The notes under the pieces are model-generated. The model was not told where the DNA came from. It saw only the letters and a list, made by a program, of their open reading frames with translations, and searched no databases. DNA of 64,000 bases, from contig CP068257.2 in NCBI GenBank assembly GCA_009914755.4, positions 34,944,001 to 35,008,000 on the forward strand, given 5' to 3'. The first letter of the stretch is position 1; every line of letters begins with the position of its first letter. Below are positions 31,158-44,455 of the stretch, piece after piece. The DNA comes from the human T2T-CHM13v2.0 reference genome, Homo sapiens. A program made the position numbers and the translations under genes.

Positions 31158-31310
31158 GCATAAGCCCGGCTGCCTGGGTCTTCTGTGCACCTCTCCCTGC
31201 TGGGATCTCTGGAATCTCTCTCTCCTGGCTGCCAGGTGCACCTGCCCACCAGGCCTCACAGCCCACATCGCTTGCAGATCCAGCCGGGGTGAGTCACCAT
31301 CAATAGCAAG
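31158..31310 (+). repeat. Copy B of the 145-bp low-copy direct duplication
   Basis: gcataagcccggctgcctgggtcttctgtgcacctctccctgctgggatctctggaatctctctctcctggctgccagGTGCACCTGCCCACCAGGCCTCACAGCCCACATCGCTTGCAGATCCAGCCGGGgtgagtcaccatcaatagcaa. It lies 1.35 kb downstream of copy A in the same orientation. Confidence 0.75.
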
Positions 31311-32032
31311 GACCCAGTGCCCAGCAAGCCTCCATTCACTCCACTCCTTCACATTGGTGGGACAAGGCTGGGAGCTGAAGTCACAAAACAAGGCCTGGTA
31401 ACAACACTCCAGGCCCTGGAGAGCCCTCTGCCCCCGGGGCCCTGACAAGAGCCTCCCAGGGAAGGCTCCATGCCTCTGGGGAAGTGCTGGAAGCTCAGCA
31501 AGAAGCTCTCTGTGACTTAGACTGAGCCGGGCTGCGCAGGTGAGGTCCGCAGCATTCTGCTCTAGGAAGCTAGCCTTGACCGTGCTCATGACCTCCCAGC
31601 TCTCCAGCCCGAGGCATGCCCCAGTGGGAGAGGAGGAGGGTGCAGAGGAGAGCAGAGGAAATGGGTGCCATAATGGTTCATTTTATGCATCAAGTTGGCC
31701 AGGCCATGGTACCCAGTCGTTTGGCAAAACACCAGTGCAGATGTTTCTGTGAAGGTGTTTTTAGATGTGATTAACATTTACATCAGTAGACTTCAAGTAA
31801 AACAGATTATTCTCCACAATGTGGGTTGGCCTCGTCAATCAGTTGAAGGCCTTAAGAGGAAAGGCTGATGCCCTCCAGAATGAAGAAATTTTGCTTCCTG
31901 ACTGCGACATAGAAATTCTTCCAGAGTTTCCAGGCTTCATAGTCACGACTACAACATCAACTCTTGTCGAACTTTCCAGGCTGCCAGCCTGCCAGGCGGG
32001 TTTCGGACTTGCCAGCTCCCATAATCACGTGA

Positions 32033-32673
<641 letters not shown>

Positions 32674-33040
32674 TGATGGGGAGAGAGGAAAAGACCGGGG
32701 GAGAGAGAGAGAGAGAGCTTGTCTGCATCTTCCAGCTCTTCTGTCCTAGGAAGCACCTGTGGCCTTAGACTCTGGGTGACTCTCTGCATCCCCTTGGCCT
32801 CATCCAGTTTGAGACAAATCTCTAACATGACTGACATAGAATCCTAATACTTCATTTAGATGGACATATTCAGACCTCTTTTATTTAGTTGTTGGAATGA
32901 ATGGAATTAAATTTTCTAACAATTTGACTTGAGTGATCAGACTAGACTTAAAAGTCATTTTCCATTTCCAGGTCTCAGATAGACAGGAGAAAGCTTAGCA
33001 AATTTTAAAGACTACTATAGGTGTCTAATCTGGAGAATAA

Positions 33041-33428
<388 letters not shown>

Positions 33429-35699
33429 AAGGGTAGATACATTTTTTAATTGCCTTTAATTTTTGCTGGGCTTTTGTTGAAGGATCTAAATCTCTTTCAT
33501 GAAACATTCAATGTTGCACAGCTTTCTGCTATGTCAGTAGTGAAATGTTAAATCTACAAAAACGTTATCCTGAGTGTCTTAGTTTGGTTCCAACTGCTTA
33601 ATAAAGAAGAAAATACAGAATATATTAAATCAATTATCAAAGAGTTCACTCAACCCAAACCAGCAGAATAGCATCCATGGCATTCACCGCCTCCAGCTGG
33701 CCTGATCTGGGGCTTCTAGCTAGCTTCTCAATCTATCTTCTTCTTTCCTTACTAATACAACTGGATTCTGTATAGGCTGCAATGTGCTCAAACTAAAAGA
33801 CTGCATTTCCCTCCCTCTCTTGCATATGAAAGAAACCAATAACATCTAAACAGAACTCTTCAAATAAAGCCTTTTGCCCTTTGCTGGCTCCATATCTGGA
33901 ATGTAGATGTGCTAGCTGGAGTGCCAGCAGCCATTTTGGGACAACAAGCCCACCTTGAGGAGAGAAGCTAATAAGGATAGCCAAGCAGAAAAACTGAGAA
34001 ACCTAAATCCTAGATGGAGCTACCATACAAGCCCTGCACTGCCTCCCTCCTAGCTTCTTTCACATGTGCAAAGAAGCACCTAATTCATTTAGGCTACTAG
34101 TAACAGTTACATTGCTGTTACTAGTGTTCACACACAGTTAATAACTAATTCAGGTTGAAAAACATCTTTTCTAAAATGTGTTGTTACATAAAAAATATGA
34201 AGATCACAATTGAAAGAGTATCAACATTTTGCAACCTGGTCCTGTGCTTCATTTCCTATCATTGAAGCTTCTAGTGCCAACTGCAGCATTCCAGAAGGCA
34301 GTTTCCTCCAGGTTCTGGATTTCTTCTGCCTCTCAAAAATCTAATTCTGTGAGTTTGAAATCTAATTCTGTGCCTCCTGTCTCTTTACCTTCAAATCTAG
34401 AGCTTTCCTTGGGGCTGTTTCCACAACCCCCCTCCCCACCCCCATCACACACAGATTCTTCCTCATCATGCACCAGGCACCTGTCTGCCTGTCCACCTGC
34501 TGCACCTCAAGGATGCCATGACATCATTGTATCTAAACAACCCAACTAACCAAACAAGTCTTACTGCAAATCCCACTCTCCCACCCCGTATGTATCAGAT
34601 GACCTTGGGATCAACCTTGGTAAGAGAGTCTTCATCCAGAAGGATCAGGTGATCCTTGTCCTTTAGTATTTGTGTTTTCCGTCTTGTGTCCTGTTTGGGT
34701 AGAGTACATAGTGGTTGAGAGATGGGGTTTGGGGTCAGGTAGCCCCAGCTTTCAGGCAGACACATCACTTCATGTCTCTGAGTATAGTCTAAGAAGCTGC
34801 TATAGTCTAAGAAGTAGGATGAATATTCCAGTTCACAGGTGGCTGTGGTAAGGGATGCCCTTATAAATGTGCATACAGATGAGGTCATGTAAAGACTTTA
34901 CTTGGATGGAATGGTCTCATACATGCTTCCTCCTTTCTCTTGAACAAACATATCTATCTCATGTCTCATTCTCTTAAGGGCAGGGGAGGCAAGATAAAGA
35001 AAAGCATTAATTTAAGTAATTTGCAGCAATCCGTGGCTGAAAACAGTTCAAGGTGCTACCCTTTAGGCAGTGGAATTCTAACAAAGAAACTATGAAAGCA
35101 CCAATCCATCCATCCACCAACTCAAAGAGCTGGAGGGCGGTGGCAGGCAGCGGGGGTGGAGGGTGGGCACGCGGATACCACAGGTGATGGCTTCACCTCT
35201 CTGGGCTCAGTTTATTCTGAGTGACACTGTTGGACTAGATGGTCTCTAAGTCCCTCCTAGTCCGAAATTTCAAGATTTTTTAGTATTTTTTTTTCTGAAC
35301 AAGGTGCTTTTTGATAGCACCTGTCAGCTCACCTTTTCCAGGGCCAGACATTTGCTGTAGTGATTCTTCCTGGGGTCGGCCTTAATGACAGTAGCTTTCT
35401 CCAACCACAGCCATATTCCATGAGCACCTGTAGTCCTGCTTTGCCACTTCTATGATCACATGGGTGACTCCATGCACCCCACTGCTGCCACGTGCGTCAG
35501 GTGCCTGAGTTTCTTTCTTTGTGATGGTGAGGTGTCCCACCAAAGTGACCATATTGGACTTTCATCATCATGGGAGATGCTGGTAACTGGCATGCCCAAA
35601 TGTTAAAATGCCATCACTTCCACTCCACCACTGAATCATCCCAGACTCTTTCAAAAGTTATAGAGAACAAAGCCCTTTGGTTCAGATCATTTGCAACTG

Positions 35700-35775
35700 A
35701 GAATCAGAAGTAAAGGAAAGAGGAAGAGGAGGAGGAAGAAGAGGAGGAAAGAGAGGATGAGGAAGAAGAGCAGAT
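35700..35775 (+). repeat. Purine-rich (GAGGAA/GAAGAG)n tract
   Basis: Direct reading: gaatcagaagtaaaggaaagaggaagaggaggaggaagaagaggaggaaagagaggatgaggaagaagagcag. Confidence 0.85.
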
Positions 35776-35999
35776 GATTCTTCTTTAGAAAAACTGAAGA
35801 AACTGCCTGAGTGAAACCCATGGTAGGTGATTGCACCTAACAAAATCCACCCCTGTGTGGCATTTGATGGCCACCAAGTCAAAACACTCAGGTCCCTGTC
35901 CACTGCTCTCATGGGAAGCTGGCCAGCCACACTCCTGTATGTGGAGGTCCCATCGGCTTTCCTGCTCATGGAAGAGGCCTAACCATAAGACAGATTTAG

Positions 36000-36359
<360 letters not shown>

Positions 36360-36579
36360 TACCCTCTCATTCTTAGGTACGATAGACAAATAAGGTCGCA
36401 AAACGTATGGAGTGAAAAACAAAGCTAAACAGACAGTACTATTTCTCATGGAGGAAACAGAAAGAATGCAGAAGGGGATGGGAAACACTCTCAACAGCAG
36501 GCTGAAAGATTTGAGAAAATGTCGCATTCTGAACCAGAAAAAGATGCCATAAAAGCCAATTGAAGAATAAGAAAGAACT

Positions 36580-36875
36580 TTTTTTTTTTTTGAGACAGAG
36601 TCTTGCTTTGTTGCCCAAGCTGGAGTGTAGTGGTGCAATCTTGGCTCACTGAAACCTCCGCCTCCCAGGTTCAAGCGATTTTCCTTCCTCTGTCTCCAGA
36701 GTAGACGAGATTACAGGTGCCCACCACCACTCCCGGCTAATTTTTGTTTTTTTTTAGTGGAGACGGGGTTTCGCCATGTTGGCCAGGCTGGTCTCGAACT
36801 TCTGACCTCAAGTGATCTGCCTGCCTTGGCCTCCCAAAGTGCTGGGATTACAGGCGTGAGTCACTGTGCCCAGCC
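36580..36875 (-). mobile_element. Alu (AluS-like), full length
   Basis: tttttttttttttgagacagagtcttgctttgttgcccaagctggagtgtagtggtgcaatcttggctcactgaaacctccgcctcccaggttcaagc...ggcctcccaaagtgctgggattacaggcgtgagtcactgtgcccagcc. The TSD is a perfect 10 bp: agaaagaact at 36570-36579 and 36876-36885. Confidence 0.95.
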
Positions 36876-38023
36876 AGAAAGAACTCTTAAGCAGTAAAAG
36901 TGTCATTGCCAAAAGAAATCAGAAAAAACCCCGAAAATTTAAGTCAAAGAAATATGCCAGCGGGAAAAAGAAAACAGCTCAAAGATTTTGAAGGGTCAAA
37001 GAAAAAACTAGAGATGTAGCCGATCAATCCAGCAGGTCCAAGGGGTGGTTAACATGAGTCCTAAGAGACACAGCCAGAGAAAATTGAGGGGAAGAGGGAT
37101 GATTTCAAAGAAATAATAGAAAAACATTCCTAGAGCTATAAAAAGGACATGAGTCTTCAGATGGGTCTCGCAGTAGAAAGGAGGAAACACACCCTTAGGC
37201 AGATCTCCATGAAACTTCAGAACACCAGGAATAAAAAGATCTTTAAAATGTCCAGAGAGAGATTGCAAGCCTCCTGCCTAAGAATGAGGGTTAGGCTGGC
37301 ATCAGCAATAGTGGGTGCTAAAAGACAATGAAATGACACCTTCTGAGTTTGGAGGGGAAATACTTTTCAAGGTGAAATTTGATAGTTAGCAAAGCTACCA
37401 ATTATGAGCACAAAATGCAGCCAATTCTTGCTACTCATGGTAGGTACATTCTATAAAGTTGCCACAAACATAGCCAAATCCTGAACCACTCCTCTTAGAG
37501 GAAACACAGGGTTAGGCTCCCGGGAGCCTATGTCAACCTGTCAACACATAACCCTGCTTTATGTGTGCTTCTGTTTGAAGACACCTTATTTAATAAATAC
37601 TGTTGACTCTTTAACACTGAGCTGGTGACCAACAGCACTGTAATTCATACTTACACAGAGCTTTTCTGACACACATATTTTCTCCATAAGGCATATGACT
37701 GCCTTCTTGTGATTAGGAACACTAGATAGCACTACAATTGGAGGCCATTTTAAACAGCAGAATCATCAATAAAAAACAAAAATGTGAGCAACATGGCAGT
37801 AAACAGACCACAGGAAGGACTATTTATAGTATGAGAGCTAAACAAGAAGGGAGAGCATCACCTTGTTCAATGTCAACTGGGAACATTCATGTTGGGCAGC
37901 TCAGATGTTGCACCTCTCTCTGCATGTCCAAGAATGACCTCAAAAGTGTGCAGACACTGATTTTCAGGTTACAAATAAGTTTTAGTGAGTAGGAGAATTT
38001 GCAAATATGGAATCCACAAATAA

Positions 38024-38560
<537 letters not shown>

Positions 38561-38631
38561 CTATTTTTATTTTTTTAAAAGCATCAGGTAGGCAGCATGA
38601 GAACACAGACTCTGAGGCCAGAACACCTGAG

Positions 38632-38830
38632 TTGAAATCTTAGCTCTGCTGCTTACCAGCTCTGGTGATCTTGGGCAAGTTGTTTAACCCCTCTGTGCTT
38701 CCTTTGTTCCACAGAGTAAGGCTATTAGTAGCACCTACCTCATAGGCTTGTTGGTAGGACTAAAGGATTTTGTAACATTCAGAATGGTGCATGGCACATA
38801 GTAATAATGCTATGCATAAGAGTTAATTAC
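38632..38830 (-). mobile_element. MIR SINE
   Basis: cacctgagttgaaatcttagctctgctgcttaccagctctggtgatcttgggcaagttgtttaacccctctgtgcttcctttgttccacagagtaaggctattagtagcacctacctcataggcttgttggtaggactaaaggattttgtaacattcagaatggtgcatggcacatagtaataatgc is the reverse-oriented MIR consensus (ggttcaaatcctggctctgccacttactagctgtgtgaccttgggcaagttacttaacctctctgagcctcagtttcc...tacctcacagggttgttgtgaggattaaatgag...gcttagcacagtgcctggcacatagtaag). Confidence 0.85.
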
Positions 38831-40173
38831 ATAAATATATAGGTAATCTTCTAAAAGAAAAAGAAATTAAAGTAGGTCTGTAACCACCCAAGTAGGAGAG
38901 CATGAGACTGGAGTTTAACACCAGCTTAAGGTGCTATTCATGGTTTCTGGGCCCAGCCTTGGAGGGTCACCGACTCAGCAACGTGTCTCCCACCTCCCTA
39001 AGGAGGGCTGGCCTACCCCTGCAACTCTCTCTTTGCCTACAGGGTTATCTCCTCCTTTCCCAGGCAGAGGGTAAAACCCGCAGAGATGCCCACAGACCTG
39101 GCCCACAGACCTGAAGTCCACTGTAGGGTGAAGAGAAGCTTGTTTTGGGATAGTTTATGACTGACTTTGCCTGGGAGGTGGCACCCAAGAGTCCCGTTTG
39201 CTGAGGAACCCCAGGTGGCTGGGATTAAAGGGCCACACATCTGTAAAATTTCTTGCAGGAGACATAACTCTGAGGACTCTCTGATGCCAGGGTGTCCCCT
39301 GGCAGCCCTGATGCCCTTCTTCTGATAATTCCCAGCTCCATCCCTGCATGTCCAGGCAAAGTCAGCCCCCAGCGCTGGCCTCAGGGCGGGGGCTTCCTCC
39401 CAACAGCACGGCTGGCGAGTCCCGGGAGGTCTGTTTTCAGCTTCCCTTCTCTCTGTTTCCGTGGGAAATGACCTGTCCTGTTTCTCTCTGTCTTGTGCTC
39501 CCAGGTAACTTGGAAGGCTGGGAGAATCCCTCATGTCTTTCCATTATGGGAGATGTCCTTCTTTATTGCCTACAACAGGGGTTGGCAAACTTTTTCTAGA
39601 AAGGGCCAGATGGGAAATCTTTTCGGCTTTGAGAGCCGTTTGATCTCTGTTGCCACTGCTCAACCCCAATTGGATTGCAAAAGGGGCCGGGAGAACACAT
39701 AAATGAAAGGGTGTGGCTAGATTCCAACACAACTCCATGCAATACAGACTGATGTCATGGACTTTAGAGACCCAGGAAGGGGAGGGAGGCCAGGGATAAA
39801 AAACTACACATTAGGTACAATGTACACTACTCAGGTGATGGGTACCCCAAAATCTCAGAATCACCATTTTGTTATAATAGAGCAAATTATATTATAACGT
39901 ACTTATGATATAATCCATCCATGTAACAAAAAAAAAAACACTCGTACCCCAAAAGGTATTGAAATTTTTTAAAAATTTAGGATCAACAAAATATTTTATA
40001 TGTTCAGAACATGGTAAGGAGTGATAAAAAGCAAGTTTCAGAATAGCACGTATAGTAAATACATACATGTGATATGTAAAAAGTATGTGCTTACAACTGT
40101 TTGGCTCAATATGAAATGCATAGACATGCCTAGAGAGATGTCCTTCCAAATATTGTCAATAATCATCTTTAAA

Positions 40174-40314
40174 CCAGGTGAGGTGGCTCATCCCTATAAT
40201 CTCAGCATTTTGCGAGCCGAAGGCAGGAGGATTGCTTGAGGCCAGGAATTCAAGACCAGCCTGGTCAAGAGAGACCCTATCTCTACAAAAATTAAAAATA
40301 AACAAATAAATACA
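40174..40314 (+). mobile_element. Free Alu monomer (FLAM-like) with an A-rich tail
   Basis: accaggtgaggtggctcatccctataatctcagcattttgcgagccgaaggcaggaggattgcttgaggccaggaattcaagaccagcctggtcaagagagaccctatctctacaaaaattaaaaataaacaaataaatacaaat. The 16-bp TSD is aataatcatctttaaa (40158-40173) versus aataatcatctctaaa (40315-40330). Confidence 0.8.
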
Positions 40315-40419
40315 AATAATCATCTCTAAAAAACAAATCAAAAAATAAAACTTTTTGCAAATGGGTGGTGGGCTGGATTTGACCTACTGGTCATGGTTTG
40401 CCAGCTCCTAGCCTGTGAG

Positions 40420-40891
<472 letters not shown>

Positions 40892-41696
40892 CTAGTGCCT
40901 TGGAGCACACTGCTGCTCATTAAAACTCCAGAATCCCTCCCTGGAAATTTGTTCCTTTCTGATGTGCCGTTTACACAGCTCTCAGCAACTGGCACCGGTT
41001 CTGAGAATATTTTATGACTACCTTTTGCTGGGCAAATGCCAACCCTCTGAAGATGAAGAGAGGGGAAGTTCTGTTCATTTTGCTTCACGGAGAAGAACCA
41101 TCTCTTGCCCGATGACTCTGGTGTCCTCCTGCATTCTGGTACATTCTTCAGTGGCACGAATAGGACCATTCCATGGCTAACGCCACTCACCAAAGCCTCC
41201 ATCCCCTTTCAGATGGGAAGGAAACTGGGCATCCAGAATCTTGTTATGACACAGGCGATTCCAAACGAAAAGGGCCCCTCAGGTTTTATTAATGTATTTT
41301 CTGGCTGTTAGATAAAACAGCAGTGTTTTGGAGTCAAAGAAACATGAGGCCTCTTCCTAGATGATAGACTATGTTTTGAAGAATGAGTTTAGGTCTCCCT
41401 TTAGTTTATCCAATGAACAAGGTATGAAGTTGTTTTTCCCTCACAGCAAGGTTTCTTCAGAACAGGATTTGAAAGTGCCTGCAAGTGGCTGAGAGAGACC
41501 TTTCTCTGAGGTGAAGAGCAGATGAAACATTCACTAAACAGGCTGGGTTTCCTGAGTCTTGAAGGCAAACATGAAAAGTCTGTGAAGGATGCTTTCTAAA
41601 GACACATAAGAAAGGAGGGGAGGAGAGTGGGGAGAGGACAGGAAGCTGAGGCTGCAGCGAGGCAAGAGTTTGCGTCCCCATCTTGTGTTCTTTTGG

Positions 41697-42187
41697 ATTT
41701 TTTTTTTTTGAGACAGGGTCTTCCTCTGTCACCTAGCCTGGTGCAGTGTTGCAATCTTGGCTCACTGCAGCCTTGACCTCTTGGGCTCAAGTGATCCTTC
41801 CACCTCAGCCTCCCAAGTAGCTGGGACTACAGGCATGCGTCACCACCCCACACCCGGCTAATTTGTGTGTGTGTGTGTGTGTGTGTGTAGATACAATATA
41901 TATAATGTGTATATATAAATTTATGTATGTATATACATATAAATATGTATATATACATGTATATACATATAAATATGTATATATATACTCACATATCTAT
42001 CTATACATATATATGCATATAGATACACACACACACAAACACACATTTTTTTTGTTTGGGTAGAGACAGGGTTTCTTCATGTTTCTTCTTGTTGCCCAAG
42101 CTGGTCTCAAACTCCTGGGCTCGAGCGATCTGCCCATCTCAGCCCCCCACAGTGCTGAGATTACAGGCATGAGCCACCACACCCAGG
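41697..42187 (-). mobile_element. Single Alu (about 300 bp of Alu sequence) split by an internal 190-bp compound microsatellite at 41864-42053
   Basis: Left part 41697-41863: tttttttttttgagacagggtcttcctctgtcacctagcctggtgcagtgttgcaatcttggctcactgcagccttgacctcttgggctcaagtgatccttccacctcagcctcccaagtagctgggactacaggcatgcgtcaccaccccacacccggctaatttgt. Insert: (TG)12 at 41864-41888, a TA/TG/CA-rich degenerate repeat at 41889-42023, (CA)n at 42024-42046, then T8. Right part 42054-42187: gtttgggtagagacagggtttcttcatgtttcttcttgttgcccaagctggtctcaaactcctgggctcgagcgatctgcccatctcagccccccacagtgctgagattacaggcatgagccaccacacccagg. A TSD of about 14 bp, ttcttttggattttt (41687-41701) versus ctcttttgattttt (42193-42206), encloses the whole structure. 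Confidence 0.85.
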
Positions 42188-44247
42188 GGACCTCTTTTGA
42201 TTTTTGAACACAGTACCTGGGCAAACTTTTTTTAAATTTAATTTTAAAATAGAATAAAATTATGTCATTTATTCATCTCTTAGAACTTGGCAAAATTTCC
42301 CACTCAGCTGGGTCACTTGGCCGTGTACTTGATCTTCCTTCCTCCTTTGCCCTGGCCAAGGAGGCTCCAGTCCTGACAATCCCCACAGCCCTTGAGGGGT
42401 GCCATAGTGGGGACTGGTGCCCCCAGCAGATGAGGTGGGTGCTCACCCTGGTTCTGAGACACTGCCTGGACCTCCAGTTACTGTGGGGGCTCTCACGATA
42501 TTTTCGGAAACATTTGAGTCTTCTGACTTATTTTTTAAATGGCTTACATAGCACACCTAGAGGCTGGGAGAGTGCCACAGCAACTAGAGGTATCGGCAGT
42601 GACAGGTGAGTGACGGGGAGTCTCAGAACCCAGTTCAGAGTCTGGACTCCACCGCATCCTGGTGGTGCAGACTCAGGCGAGGAACTCAGGGAGTCCGAGC
42701 CTCAGCTTGCTCGCACGTAAAGTGAGGAAAGTTCACCTACTTTGCAGGGTGGTGAACACATGAGCACATGTATTAGAGCTCCCTTCGTAAAGTAGTTCAT
42801 TAGCAATCAATGCAAACGGCGATGGCTGCCCTGGGAGGGAAGCCCCCGAAGGAAGGAGCAGGCCCTCAAAGGCCCCTCCAAGGTCTCCTGCCTCACTAGT
42901 CCGTCCAGGGCCTGTGTGGTCAATGGCTGGCCAGCTCACTCCACCTCCTCTCACTCCCAGGCCATCCCAGCATGGGGGGACAAATTCCCTCCCTCTCCCC
43001 TTCACACCGATGACTGGCAGGCCAAGTGCCCCCTCCCTTTGCCAACAGCACCCTGGACTGTTTCTCCCAGGTACCCACCTCTCTGCCTTTGCACATGGAT
43101 TTGGCTACTGATGGAAGCCCTGTTACTACACCAATTGCTGGACCAGGAGGGAACCAAGCTGGACCACAGGGTCTCTGTCTTGGAAATTTGAATTTTGAGT
43201 GCTGGGACTTGAAGATGGAAAACGGTCCCTTCTCCTTGTCCCTCGCCTTCCACCCACCCCACACGTTTCAGTCACTCACCGTCCTTTTCCCACCCACAGG
43301 CAAGTCTGGGCCCCTCCTCTGAGAATGCCCCCACTTCTCTGGGCAGAAGTGCCCCCCCCAACCTGATGCAGCCGCAGTTTGCCTTCTTGGGGTGCCAGCA
43401 GCTCTGACTTCTTAGGTGGCCGATGCCCTGTTGCGTCATGAAGCACTCACTGACATGCGTTGCTTCTTGTCAGTCTGCCTGTCTGTCTCCTGCTCTCTCT
43501 GTGCTCAGGGAGGAATAGGACTGTGTCCCAATTGTCTCCCTGTCCCAACCTTTAGGATATCATCTGGCTCATGGACCCTAAAAACTGTGTTCTGAAGGAG
43601 AAGAGTGTCATGAGATGGCCCATTTGCTCACAGGACAGCAGCGTTACAACCCCAAGACGCCATGGCCCCCATCCCCAAGCAGGGAGTCCCCAGATAGTGT
43701 TGTGAAGGAGTCAACCAGTTCCGGAGATGGAGGCTGAGCTACTGTGAGGTCAGTGGCCCCAGCTGGAGCCAGGCTGCTTAGATTGCAGCTGGAGAGCTGG
43801 TGGAGGGGAGTAGGAGGGACCCGAGTCTTCTGTAGAAAGAAGCCTCTTGTCCCGGGGAGTCAGGTTCCATGCATTCCTGATCCAATGTCCGGTGCTGGGC
43901 GCCAGAGGAAACAGGGATCCTGGGGGTCTGTCCTCATTCTAAGCCCCCAGAGCGAGGGGCTGTAGGAAAACTCACAGAGTTGCTCCCTGGGGCTCTGTGC
44001 CAATGTGGGCAAGAGGCACATGTTACCACTTATCTTGGGATAACTTCAAGGGTCAGAGGAGGGACCCAGCCTGGCTCCCGTCACCTTAGCACATGAGGGT
44101 CCTGGGGAAACCCCGGGGGCAGCTTCCAAATGTGCCCCCAAGATGATGCCTGGATGCGGGAGCCTGCCTTCAGGGCCACAGCCCAACCCTCCACCCTGCA
44201 GGATGCCCTGAGAGGCTCCTTCGCCTCCCCAGAGCCAGGAGGGGCTG

Positions 44248-44455
44248 GGTGGGTCTGGGGGGATCCCTTCACCCTCCTCTCACTCCCCAGTGCTTCGGGG
44301 CTTGCAGAGGTCCAGGTGATTCCGGCAGAAACTCAACCTCAGCAAACTGGAGCTCAAGGAAACAGAGGGGCTTTTGACCTAATTATTCCCAATTGCTTGT
44401 CTCCATCGATCACACTCTCTTGGTAATTGCCCAACTCCCCACTTTGGGGTGGGGG
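44248..44455 (+). repeat. Copy 1 of an about 205-bp low-copy direct duplication (partner at 47488-47692)
   Basis: ...ccaggtgattccggcagaaactcaacctcagcaaactggagctcaaggaaacagaggggcttttgacctaattattcccaattgcttgtctccatcgatcacactctcttggtaattgcccaactccccactttgg is about 90% identical to the partner over about 150 bp, with weaker homology extending about 50 bp upstream. There is no Alu/L1/MIR similarity. Confidence 0.75.
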
